NCBI GenBank assembly: GCA_965202925.1
Contig: CBDBCG010000006.1
Location: 120,002-184,001, forward strand
Length of the DNA stretch: 64,000 nt
Direction: 5' to 3'
From: Alphaproteobacteria bacterium
Lineage (GTDB): Bacteria; Pseudomonadota; Alphaproteobacteria; Bin65
Numbering within the stretch: position 1 is the first letter of the stretch; each line of letters starts with the position of its first letter. The notes under the pieces were generated by a model. That model worked only from the letters and a program-made list of their open reading frames with translations, searched no databases and was not told the origin of the DNA. The position numbers were made by a program, and so were the translations under genes. Shown piece by piece: positions 1 to 9,136 of the stretch.

Positions 1-153
1 GCCGTGCCTCAACCTTGTGGGCTCGGCCGGGAACAAGATCGTCGGGTCCCGCCGAGCAAGACTCGGGTAACGAGTGAGACCGTTGGCGATCGCGAAGCGT
101 TCGGCTCTCTCCGCCAGTTCTTTCCGGAGCCGCGATTGCCAACTCGGCACCAT
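1..153 (-). CDS. hypothetical protein, N-terminal 51 codons only (gene runs off the left edge)
   Basis: Not in the ORF track because it is too short. The reverse strand reads AAGGAGAAACG-ATG (ATG = complement of 151-153). It then reads MVPSWQSRLRKELAERAERFAIANGLTRYPSLARRDPTILFPAEPTRLRHG with no stop before the window edge. The Shine-Dalgarno match is good. No family recognised. Confidence 0.3.
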   Translation of the reverse strand, partial: MVPSWQSRLRKELAERAERFAIANGLTRYPSLARRDPTILFPAEPTRLRHG

Positions 154-488
154 CGTTTCTCCTTGAGTGACTCTGACGCGTGGTTTGTAACACGCCGTAC
201 CGAATGCGACGACGATGGTGACGCACACCGCGACCGGGCACTCCGCTCCTATCGCCGTTGCGTGTCGATACCACGGTCTTCCCTCGCGCGCGCTCCCGGA
301 CCTTGCTCGTCCGCGTGAAGCGCCGGCTGAGCGTGGATATCCTGCGCCTCGGCACGACGGCGGCGCTGGCCAGAAGCACCGTCGCTGGATCGCGGGCCAG
401 CAGGAATACACGAGCCGTTCGATGGATGCGGTTTGCAAATCCGGTTTCTCCGAATAACTTGGACGCTGTCCATCGGAATGAAATTCTC

Positions 489-1802
489 ATGACCGCTATC
501 CTCTCCAAACCGGCCGACCGGATCGATCTAGGCGATATTCAGGCACTGATCGACGAAGGCGTGCCGGAAGGGGCGCAGATCGAGTTCAAGGAAAGCCTGC
601 CGGCAAGGGGCTCTGGCGATCCCGATCCCTGGATGCAGGGCAATGGCAGGATCGGCGACCGGGCCAGAAACGAAATTCTGGAGGAGGTGGTGGCATTCGC
701 CAATGCTTACGGCGGCGCTATGGTGCTCGGCATTGCAGAAGACGGAGCCAAACCGGCGGTCGCAGCGGCGGTAACGTCGCTGCCGAGCTGCGCCAATCTG
801 GCAGACCGTTTCAGGCTGGTGTTCCGCGATTGCGTCGAGCCGCAACTCCCGACGCTCGAAATCGTCCCGGTTCCGACGGACGGCGACGCAGGGGTCATAA
901 TGTTCCGAACCAGCCGGTCGCGCCGCGGGCCGCATCGCGTCACCCTGACCCTCAAATGCCCTGTCCGACGGGACGATCGCTGCGAATCCCTGAGTATGCG
1001 GGAGATTCAGGACATGACCCTCAATCTGGCGCGCGGCACGGAACGGCTGGAACGGCGGCTGCGAGAGCGTTCCAGGAAATTCGAAGAGGAATTCAAACGT
1101 CTCGAAACCCCCGACGATGCCTTCGGATTTCGCATGACGGCTGTCCCCATCGCCGACGAGGTTCGCTTCGACTCGGTCTATTCCCGCGGTAACCTGGTCG
1201 ACGGATTGCTTCCGCCCGAAATCGAGATCAGGCGTGGATCAAACAATCCGGTCTCCCGACTGCGCACCGTCCCAAGCATGTATGGCATGGACTTCCGTGA
1301 CTGGCGACCGATGCTTCGGGCAGCGCGCGCAGAGGATAGTCACGACGGGGATCGAAGGGCGGCAAGGTACGCTTACGCCGAAATCCACGCCGACGGCCTA
1401 TTGGAATGGGGATTTGTCTCGAATCGTCTCGTCCGTCATCCTTTTGCAGCCCCTGAAAGTCCGCGCGAATCGATTTTCGACACAGAAACGCCGGTCTCGA
1501 CGCTGGTCGGCCTTCTCGTATGGGCGGACCGCGTGCGGCAACAGGCGTCGGTTCCGGGAGCGGAGTATGCCGTTCAACCGCAGTTCAAAGTTACGGCTGA
1601 CAGCGTCAATGTCGGAGGCAACGACTACAAATTCATTGTCGGGTCAATCGAACGGGACGATACCGATTTCCCTTTGTATCCTTTGGAGACTTCCACCGAA
1701 ATCGGCAAGACCGTTTCCCGGTTCGAGACGGATTTCTGGAACTACTTCGGCAAAGATCCCGGTTCGAGGACACGGGAGCCATTGGCCATCGCTCAAGCAT
1801 GA
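489..1802 (+). CDS. AlbA_2 (Schlafen-type, 'divergent AAA') domain protein with a C-terminal region of unknown function
   Basis: ORF 258..1802. I prefer the internal ATG at 489 (MTAILSKPADRIDLGDIQALIDEG...). The N-terminal third carries the AlbA_2-type pattern IEFKESL ... RNEILEEVVAFANAYGGAMVLGIAEDG. I recognise no motif in the last ~240 aa. It ends 25 nt before mod on the same strand. Confidence 0.7.
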   Translation: MTAILSKPADRIDLGDIQALIDEGVPEGAQIEFKESLPARGSGDPDPWMQGNGRIGDRARNEILEEVVAFANAYGGAMVLGIAEDGAKPAVAAAVTSLPSCANLADRFRLVFRDCVEPQLPTLEIVPVPTDGDAGVIMFRTSRSRRGPHRVTLTLKCPVRRDDRCESLSMREIQDMTLNLARGTERLERRLRERSRKFEEEFKRLETPDDAFGFRMTAVPIADEVRFDSVYSRGNLVDGLLPPEIEIRRGSNNPVSRLRTVPSMYGMDFRDWRPMLRAARAEDSHDGDRRAARYAYAEIHADGLLEWGFVSNRLVRHPFAAPESPRESIFDTETPVSTLVGLLVWADRVRQQASVPGAEYAVQPQFKVTADSVNVGGNDYKFIVGSIERDDTDFPLYPLETSTEIGKTVSRFETDFWNYFGKDPGSRTREPLAIAQA

Positions 1803-1827
1803 TTGCAACGATTGCAGGCTCTAGCCC

Positions 1828-3408
1828 ATGCCCACGCTGAACTGGCTGACGCGGGAAAACGATATCGGCGCGGCTGGGCGCATTCCCTACCGGCTGCTGG
1901 AAGAGGTTCCCGAACTGTCAGCCGGAGACCGGGGCGCCGGCAACATGCTCATACAGGGGGACAATCTGGAGGCACTGAAGGCGCTTCTGCCCTTCTATGC
2001 CGGGCGGGTGAAGTGCATCTATATCGATCCGCCTTACAACACGCGCTCGGCCTTCGAGCATTACGACGACAATCTTGAGCATACGCGCTGGCTCGCCATG
2101 ATGTGGCCTCGCCTGGAATTGCTCCGCGACCTGCTGACCGAAGACGGCTCGATCTGGGTGTCCATCGACGATCATGAAGCACACTATCTCAAAGTCGTTA
2201 TGGATGAGGTGTTTGGGCGATCACGGTTTATTGCCAATCTGGCTTGGCAAAAGAGATACTCACGCGACAACAATGCTGCAATTGGTGACGTTCATGAGCA
2301 TATTTTGGTCTACGCTATAGAACCTGAGAAGTTTAAGAACGCTCGCAATCGGGTTGAGCCAGATCAACGGGTTAGAAAAGCGTATTCAAACCCTAACAAC
2401 GATCCGAAAGGGCCGTGGCAATCAATTTCATTTACGGGCGCAGAATATCGAACCAATATGATGTACGAAATAGAGGGTCCGAACGGTCAGTCACATTACC
2501 CGCCTGAAGGTAGACATTGGGCAGCATTAGAATCGGAATTTCTGCGACTTAAGGCGGAAGGCCGTATTTGGTTCGGGAAGGACGGTAATGGTGTCCCTCG
2601 CGTGATTCGTTATCTTTCCGAAGTTGAAGGGCTTGTCCCTTGGTCGTGGCTTCCGCATGACGAAGTAGGACATACTGGTGAGGCAAAGCGTGAGGTAAAT
2701 GAGTTATTTGGTGCGACTTCGTCGTTTGCTACTCCGAAGCCGGAGCGGTTACTTCAGAGAATAATCCACATTGCAAGTAATCCTGGGGAACTAATATTGG
2801 ATTCCGTATTGGGCTCCGGCACTACGGCTGCCGTCGCGCACAAGATGGGGCGGCGCTGGATCGGTGTCGAAATGGGCGATCATGCCGTCAGCCATTGCGC
2901 GCCGCGGCTGAACAAGGTGATCGAGGGCGAGCAGGGCGGCATATCGGAATCCGCCAGCTGGCAGGGCGGCGGCGGCTTCCGCTTCTATCGGCTCGGTCCG
3001 CCGGCCTTTGACGCGGACGGGCGCATCTGCCCGGACATCCGCTTCCCCGTCCTCGCCGCGCATATTTGGTTCGCGGAGACCGGCCGGCCCTGGGACGGAT
3101 GGGGGGATGGACAGGAGGACGATTCCGGGCCGTCGCCCCTGCTCGGCATCCATGAGGGCCGCGCCCTGGCGCTGCTCTATAACGGCGTGCTCGGCGACCG
3201 GCGGCCGGGCGGCGGCAACGTGCTGACGCGCAAAACGCTGGCGGCGGTCCGTGCCGCGCTGGCCCGCGTGGCGCCGGGCTTCGATGGGCCGGGCTTCCGC
3301 GGGCCGCTGACGGTCTACGGCGAACGGTCCCGCCTGCCGGCGGCGACGCTGGAGCGCGAAGGGGTCGCCTTCAAGCAGACGCCCTACGACGTGAAGGCGC
3401 GGCGGTGA
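1828..3408 (+). CDS. mod: Type III restriction-modification system, Mod subunit (N6-adenine DNA methyltransferase, beta-class motif order)
   Basis: The catalytic motif IV (CIYIDPPYNT) lies near the N-terminus. The AdoMet motif I-like ILDSVLGSGTTAAVAHKMGRRWIGVEM lies near the C-terminus, with a variable region between them. The stop overlaps the res start (GTGA at 3405-3408). Confidence 0.9.
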   Translation: MPTLNWLTRENDIGAAGRIPYRLLEEVPELSAGDRGAGNMLIQGDNLEALKALLPFYAGRVKCIYIDPPYNTRSAFEHYDDNLEHTRWLAMMWPRLELLRDLLTEDGSIWVSIDDHEAHYLKVVMDEVFGRSRFIANLAWQKRYSRDNNAAIGDVHEHILVYAIEPEKFKNARNRVEPDQRVRKAYSNPNNDPKGPWQSISFTGAEYRTNMMYEIEGPNGQSHYPPEGRHWAALESEFLRLKAEGRIWFGKDGNGVPRVIRYLSEVEGLVPWSWLPHDEVGHTGEAKREVNELFGATSSFATPKPERLLQRIIHIASNPGELILDSVLGSGTTAAVAHKMGRRWIGVEMGDHAVSHCAPRLNKVIEGEQGGISESASWQGGGGFRFYRLGPPAFDADGRICPDIRFPVLAAHIWFAETGRPWDGWGDGQEDDSGPSPLLGIHEGRALALLYNGVLGDRRPGGGNVLTRKTLAAVRAALARVAPGFDGPGFRGPLTVYGERSRLPAATLEREGVAFKQTPYDVKARR

Positions 3409-6032
3409 CGGCGATGGACCTGAAAACCTACCAGAAGGACACCCTCGCCGTCCTGCGCCGTTTCTTCGAGGAGGCGCGCATCGCCGGGCCGAAGGCGGCT
3501 TACGAGGCTATAACCACGGAGCCGGAACAGGCCGGGCGGCTCGGCGGCTACGCCGGGGACTACAGGCCTTTGGACGGCCTGCCGGACGCGCCCTACGTCT
3601 GCCTGCGCCTGCCGACCGGCGGCGGCAAGACGCTGCTCGGCGCACACGCCGCCGCGGTCGCGCGCGACGCCTGGGTGGAGAAGGACTGGCCGCTTATCCT
3701 GTGGCTGACGCCGACCAAGACGATCCGCCGGCAAACCGCCGAGGCGCTGAAGGATGCGCGCCACCCCTACCGGCAGGCGCTGGACGAGGCGTTCAGCGGC
3801 CGAGTGCGGGTGCTCGATATCGCGGATTTCACGCAACTCCGGCCGCAGGATATCCGCGACCGCTGCTGCGTCGTCGTCGGCACGATCCAGGCCCTGCGGG
3901 TTAAGGACACCGAGGGCCGCAAGGTCTACGCCCACCACGAGGATCTGGAGCCACATTTCAGTCGGCTGCGGCGGCTTCCGCCGGGGCTGGAGACGCTGAA
4001 CAGCGGCGGGCCGAAGTTCTCCTTCGCCAACCTGATGCACATCCACCGGCCGCTGATGATCGTAGACGAGGCGCACAACGCCGTGACGGAACTGGCGCGC
4101 AAGATGCAGGGGCGGGTGAATCCGTGCGCGATTGTCGAATTCACGGCAACGCCGCGACTCGACTCCAACATCCTGCACAGCGTTTCGGCCCGGGAGTTGA
4201 AGGCCGAGGAAATGATAAAGCTGCCGGTCGTCCTCTCGGAACACGCCAACTGGCAGAACGCCGTGAGCGATGCGGTGGCCGCCCGCGCCCGGCTGGCGGG
4301 AACCGCGGCCGACGACCGGGATTATCTCCGCCCGATTGTGCTGTTCCAGGCGCAGCCGAAGGACCGCGAGGTGACGGTCGCGGCGCTGAAGCGGCATCTG
4401 GTAGACGTCGAGCAGATCCCCGAAGAGCGGATCGCGGTCGCGACCGGCAACCAGCGCGGACTCGACGGGATCGACCTGTTCGATCCGGTCTGCCCGGTCG
4501 AACACGTCATTACCGTCGAGGCACTGAAAGAAGGCTGGGACTGTTCCTTCGCCTACATTTTCTGTTCCGTTGCGCGCATCCAGAGTGCCAAGGATGTCGA
4601 ACAGCTGCTCGGGCGCGTGCTGCGGATGCCCTACGCGAAGCGGCGCACGGCCGGCGACCTGAACCGCGCCTATGCGTTCGTCTCCGAGCCGTCCTTCGGC
4701 GCGGCGGCGAAGGCGCTGGTCGACAAACTGGTCGCGATGGGCTTCGAGGAAGATGAGGCCCGCGACAGCATCGAGGCGCAGCGCGAACTCGATACCGGAG
4801 ACGGCCTGTTCAACTCGCGCGACAGGCCGGAGGCGGTCTTCCGGCATACCGTCTCCGCGCCGCCGGAGGCGCTGACCGCCCTTGCGGGCAGGGAGGGCGT
4901 GACCGTCGCCCGGACCGGGGACGGCAGGGCGGAAATCTCCGTAACCGGCTATGTCCCCGAGGATCTGGAATACGAAATCGCCGCTGCCCTGCCGGAGGCC
5001 GAGCGGCGGAGCTTCTCCGACGCCGTTGCAGCGCATCGCGCGGAGGCGAAAGACCGGCTTTCGCCCGCCCAGCGGGGCGAGACCTTCGTTATCCCGGCGC
5101 TGATGGCGGACGTGCAGGGCGAACTGGAGCTCGCCGAGACCGATACGTTCATGGAGAGTCACGACTGGTCGCTGCTCGACCATCCGGCGCGCCTGAGCGA
5201 GGACGAGTTCGCGCTCCGCGAGGAGGCGGACATTTTCGAGATCGACCTCGACGGCAGGACAGTGGCTTTCCGCTTCGCGGGGAAAGAAGAGCAACTGGCG
5301 CTCGATGTCGATGTCGAGGGCTGGACGCCGCAGGCTCTCGTGCTCTGGCTCGACCCGCAGGTGCGCGCGGCGGATATCGGCCAGCAGGAACTGCTGCGCT
5401 GGCTGAGCGACTTGGCCGGCCATCTGGTCGATATCCGGGGCCTGCATATCGCAGCGCTGATGCGCGGCAAATTCCTCCTCGCCCGCAAAGTCCGCGACAG
5501 GATCGCGGCGATCCGCCGGCAGGAGCGCAAGTCGGTCTACCGGCAGTACCTGTTCGGTCCGGAAGCCAAGCCGGAAATATCATTCGACGCCGCCTTCCGG
5601 TTCCAACAGGGGATATACCGGGACCGACCCCGCTACCGCGGACGGTGGCGGCCGCAGAAGCATTTTCTGGAATACGTTCCGGCCTTCGACGGCGCGGAAG
5701 ACGGCGAGGAAACGCAATGCGCAAGGGCGCTCGACAGCCTGCCAGAAGTCAGGTTTTGGCTCCGCAACGTCGCGCGCGACCCGGCCTCGTTCTGGCTGCC
5801 GACCGCAGCGGGCAGGTTCTATCCGGATTTCGTCGCGCTACTGGAAGACGGACGCCTGCTCGTCGCCGAATACAAAGGCGCGCGCGACATCAAGAGCGAC
5901 GACACGCGCGAGAAAGGGACAATCGGCGAACTCTGGGAGCGGCACAGCGGCGGCAATGGCCTCTTCATTGTCGTGCAGAAGAGCAAAGACGGAAACGATA
6001 TGCGGGCGCAGTTGGCGGAGAAGGTCGCATAG
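3405..6032 (+). CDS. res: Type III restriction enzyme, Res subunit (SF2 helicase plus C-terminal PD-(D/E)xK nuclease)
   Basis: Walker A-like LRLPTGGGKT and DEAH-like MIVDEAHN are present. The C-terminus has FYPDFVALLEDGRLLVAEYKG (a PD..ExK nuclease motif). The 4-nt overlap with mod implies translational coupling. Confidence 0.9.
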   Translation: MTAMDLKTYQKDTLAVLRRFFEEARIAGPKAAYEAITTEPEQAGRLGGYAGDYRPLDGLPDAPYVCLRLPTGGGKTLLGAHAAAVARDAWVEKDWPLILWLTPTKTIRRQTAEALKDARHPYRQALDEAFSGRVRVLDIADFTQLRPQDIRDRCCVVVGTIQALRVKDTEGRKVYAHHEDLEPHFSRLRRLPPGLETLNSGGPKFSFANLMHIHRPLMIVDEAHNAVTELARKMQGRVNPCAIVEFTATPRLDSNILHSVSARELKAEEMIKLPVVLSEHANWQNAVSDAVAARARLAGTAADDRDYLRPIVLFQAQPKDREVTVAALKRHLVDVEQIPEERIAVATGNQRGLDGIDLFDPVCPVEHVITVEALKEGWDCSFAYIFCSVARIQSAKDVEQLLGRVLRMPYAKRRTAGDLNRAYAFVSEPSFGAAAKALVDKLVAMGFEEDEARDSIEAQRELDTGDGLFNSRDRPEAVFRHTVSAPPEALTALAGREGVTVARTGDGRAEISVTGYVPEDLEYEIAAALPEAERRSFSDAVAAHRAEAKDRLSPAQRGETFVIPALMADVQGELELAETDTFMESHDWSLLDHPARLSEDEFALREEADIFEIDLDGRTVAFRFAGKEEQLALDVDVEGWTPQALVLWLDPQVRAADIGQQELLRWLSDLAGHLVDIRGLHIAALMRGKFLLARKVRDRIAAIRRQERKSVYRQYLFGPEAKPEISFDAAFRFQQGIYRDRPRYRGRWRPQKHFLEYVPAFDGAEDGEETQCARALDSLPEVRFWLRNVARDPASFWLPTAAGRFYPDFVALLEDGRLLVAEYKGARDIKSDDTREKGTIGELWERHSGGNGLFIVVQKSKDGNDMRAQLAEKVA

Positions 6033-6415
6033 ATATCTCAGGGAAATTATTGGTAGCAGATAACCCACGGTCGATCAGCAACGGCGGTTCCCGGCAACAT
6101 GGCGGCGCCGTTCCTGGTCCACCTCTTCGGAACCGGTCTGGCCGGCGAGAAATACGTGGTCGAGCGGTTCAAGGCGCACGCCGATGGCGATATCCGCCCC
6201 TGGCCCGGCGAAGCGCCGGCGAAGGGCAAACGGAATTGTCATATGGATTCTAATGCCGCGTCCGCGGTATTGCTTCTTGATTCCCAATTGACCTTGGCGA
6301 ACAACACGACGCCAGTTCGTAAATTCGTTTGTGGAATCAGAAGGTTACAACGTATCAGATCGAGACAATCAGAGAATGTCGGTCTCGGTGGTTGCGAGCC
6401 CCCGCAACCAATCAA

Positions 6416-6450
6416 GCCCCCGAAAACATTGAGTTTTCGGGGGCTTTTCG
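6416..6450 (+). terminator. Rho-independent terminator-like hairpin
   Basis: gcccccgaaaac / attga / gttttcgggggc forms a perfect 12-bp stem with a 5-nt loop. It is followed by ttttcg. The T-tail is only on the + strand. Confidence 0.6.
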
Positions 6451-6528
6451 ATTCCGGATTCCGGCTGATTTTGGATGGTCAACACATGGTCGACACAGGT
6501 GCGCCGGCGCGGAATCATGACCGCTGAA

Positions 6529-6556
6529 GCCCGGCAAGCGCCGGGCGAACTTTTGT
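6529..6556 (+). terminator. Second, weaker terminator-like hairpin
   Basis: gcccggc / aagc / gccgggc forms a 7-bp stem with a 4-nt loop. It is followed by gaacttttgtg. Confidence 0.35.
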
Positions 6557-6739
6557 GCCGGGCGGATTCCGCCCCCGCCTTGACCTCCTCCGAATATCGC
6601 GATGCCAGGAGGCCGGGATGCTGATAGGCTTCGAACGGCAGGACCGAACAATATCGAGGCTGACGCAGAGACGCCCGGGGCGCGTTGGCCGGCGGGAATC
6701 GGCGCTCTCCTTCGGCGGTGCTGGCGTGGACGATCACCG

Positions 6740-8650
6740 ATGGAACTGAAGCCGCTTTCCTACTTTCTCGCCGCCTGCCAGAAACAGAATCTGTCGGCGG
6801 CCGCCAACAGTCTCGAAATCGGGCAGTCCACGCTTTCCTCGGCCTTGAGCGAGCTTGAGCGCACGCTCGATATGCCGTTGTTCCGGCGTTCCTACCACGG
6901 CCTCCACCCGACCGCCGAAGCGCGCTGGCTGTGTCAGCAGATCGAACCGCTGCTGCTTGCCGAGCGCCTCGCGATGCGTCTCGGCCGGTCGTGCTCCGAC
7001 ACGCCCCTGTCGGCGATTCTGGTCAAGATCCGCCTGCGGTTTACCCTGGGGCGGGTGAGCCGCGCCGTCAGCCTGGCCTGCGGTTCGATCGCCGCGAAAT
7101 TTCCCGATCTCTATGTGGAGCCGCATTTCGATCTGCGTTCGGATGCGGGCGGAGAGAAGCAGCCGCTGACCGGAAGCGACAGTTTCGCTTCGATGCTGGT
7201 CGACCGTTGCGACGCGGTTATCGAGCTCGGCTACGAGGGTTCGCTTCCGCAGCAGGACGGCGATGCCGACCGGCATTCGAACCGGCCCTGCAGGCAGCTG
7301 ATCCAGCTGGACGACTGGGTGGCGGTAACCCATGGAGACGCCGAAGCGTCCCCGCGCTTTCCCGACGGTATGCCGGTTGCGCCGGACCAGCTCGCACGGC
7401 TGCCGATCAGCATCCTCGACCTGCCGGCGGAGCTTGTCAGCCAGGCGACGGAATATTGCCGGCGGATCGGCGTCAAACGGCTGTTCACCGACAGGGAGGA
7501 TCCCGGCGCGCTCCCGCGGCTGTCCGCCGAGCGTTCCGATTTCTGTTACCTGCTGCCCAGGAGCCTGCTGTCGGAACGGTTCGAGAATCTGCGAATTGCG
7601 ATCCGGCCGCTGGGGGTTCCGCTCACCAGTGCGCTCGTCGCCCGGATCAGCGGAGAGCACGAGGCGGTGTCTTGCTACCTGGACGCCCTGCGCGGCCATC
7701 TGCGCCGCGACGATCAGGGCGTCCGCTACCGGCCGGACCTGACGTTCCGCCAGTTTCGCTATTTCAGCGCTCTCGGCAACACGACGAGCATGACGGGCGC
7801 GGCGCGGCGCCTCAATCTGGCCCAGCCGGCTTTGACCAAACAGCTGCAAAAGCTCGAAAAGTCGATCGGCGTGCAGCTTGTGCTGCGAAACCGGAGCGGC
7901 CATCGCCTGACCTCTCACGGCATTCGCCTCCATGCGATCAGCCGCGCCATCGAGAATGCCGTCGTATCGATGAACCTGCAGCGCACCGACATTGTCATCA
8001 TGCGCGGCCATCACCTGACGATCGGCGTTATGCCGACCGCGGGATCGGGAAGCCTGCTGCTCGACGCGCTTGCCGATACGGTGGAATTCTGGCTCGGCGC
8101 CTTCCCCAGGATGCGTCTGAGCATCCTCGAAGGCGGCAACCTGCAGCTGCAGGAATGGGTTCATACATCAAAGATCGGTTTCGCGCTTGTCGAGGCGCCG
8201 CCCAGGAATGCACCGCGATTGCCGCTCGCCGACGAGGAACCGCTATGCGTGGTTCATGCCGCGCAATTCGACCTGTTGCCCGAGGGCCCCGTTCGTCTGA
8301 CCGATGTTGCGAAGCTGGATCTGGCCGTACCGACCCAGTTGTTCGGATTGCGCTCGCTGATCGACGGCGAGCTGATGGTCCTGGGGCGCAAGCTCAATCC
8401 GGTGGTTGAGATCAACTCGCTGCAATTGTGTCTCAAGCTTCTCGCGCGGCAGCCCTATGCGACCCTGCTGCCGGGCTCGGCGGTTGCGGATACCGTCGCC
8501 GACGGCACGTTCGTTTGCCACGAGATCGTCGAACCGCGCGTGTGCCGGCGGCTGTCCGTGATCTTTTCGCCGGAACGCAGCCTCAGCGACCCGGAACGGA
8601 CGTTTATCCGTATTCTGCGGGATCGCCTGGACGACATGATAAAGTGCTGA
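6740..8650 (+). CDS. Fused tandem LysR-family transcriptional regulator (two complete HTH plus effector-domain units in one 636-aa chain)
   Basis: ORF 6602..8650; I start it at the ATG at 6740 (MELKPLSYFLAACQKQNLSAAANSLEIGQSTLSSALSELERTLDMPLF), which gives LysR HTH number 1. A second full LysR N-terminus begins near nt 7736 (PDLTFRQFRYFSALGNTTSMTGAARRLNLAQPALTKQLQKLEKSIGVQLVLR). Each HTH is followed by about 230-250 aa of effector-domain-length sequence. Confidence 0.75.
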   Translation: MELKPLSYFLAACQKQNLSAAANSLEIGQSTLSSALSELERTLDMPLFRRSYHGLHPTAEARWLCQQIEPLLLAERLAMRLGRSCSDTPLSAILVKIRLRFTLGRVSRAVSLACGSIAAKFPDLYVEPHFDLRSDAGGEKQPLTGSDSFASMLVDRCDAVIELGYEGSLPQQDGDADRHSNRPCRQLIQLDDWVAVTHGDAEASPRFPDGMPVAPDQLARLPISILDLPAELVSQATEYCRRIGVKRLFTDREDPGALPRLSAERSDFCYLLPRSLLSERFENLRIAIRPLGVPLTSALVARISGEHEAVSCYLDALRGHLRRDDQGVRYRPDLTFRQFRYFSALGNTTSMTGAARRLNLAQPALTKQLQKLEKSIGVQLVLRNRSGHRLTSHGIRLHAISRAIENAVVSMNLQRTDIVIMRGHHLTIGVMPTAGSGSLLLDALADTVEFWLGAFPRMRLSILEGGNLQLQEWVHTSKIGFALVEAPPRNAPRLPLADEEPLCVVHAAQFDLLPEGPVRLTDVAKLDLAVPTQLFGLRSLIDGELMVLGRKLNPVVEINSLQLCLKLLARQPYATLLPGSAVADTVADGTFVCHEIVEPRVCRRLSVIFSPERSLSDPERTFIRILRDRLDDMIKC

Positions 8651-9136
8651 GACCGCTGACTGACCCTGACGCCCGCGGTAATGAAAGTTCCTGGCCTCCG
8701 AGAGAACCGCGGAATCGGCCGTCCAGATCGGCCAGAGGTGGCAACTCGTCCGGGTGATGACAGAGGTAGTCCCAGCAAGGATCGACAATCGCAGCTGTCG
8801 GAGCGCATCGCGAGACATGTGCGTTTTCCCGGGCGACACCCCTCGCCATCCCCTATTCACAGGCTCAAGGTGACCGGCAATATCTGCCGGTAATTTCCGA
8901 GCGTGGATATCGCAATGGACTGGTTGCGGATCGGACAGCAGGCCGAAACCGTTGAGAATAACGATTTCTTACAGAGCGCAGATTTCGGCGTGACGACGCA
9001 GTGCCGCGACGAGATCAAAATTCCATTAACGGAAGTCGATCATAAGAAATTTCGCACAAGCTGTTGGAGCGTTGACCCCCTGCATTGCTACCGATAGAGC
9101 CGAAGAAACAGAAGCTGAGTTCGGAGGTGGAGAGTT

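Noticed and set aside
3384-5447. 687-aa ORF antisense to res
   Set aside because: The composition is Arg/Pro/Gly/Ala-dominated and low in complexity, as expected for a mirror frame in GC-rich DNA. The opposite strand carries unambiguous helicase and nuclease motifs.
6075-6287. 70-aa minus-strand ORF with a faint Old-Yellow-Enzyme-like stretch
   Set aside because: It is too short and the resemblance rests on ~25 residues. It is mentioned only as a possible gene scar in the finding for 6033-6739 and is not called as a feature.
6381-6412. tRNA-like 3' fragment (ggtggttgcgagcccccgcaaccaatca), considered as a possible integration att site
   Set aside because: It forms only a 6-bp hairpin with a 6-nt loop. 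There is no T-loop consensus, no acceptor stem and no CCA context, so a cloverleaf cannot be built.
8651-9136. Several 60-200-aa ORFs on both strands between the fused LysR gene and the hydrolase gene
   Set aside because: They have no SD sequences, no motifs and mutually overlapping frames. I treat the region as a regulatory intergenic region.
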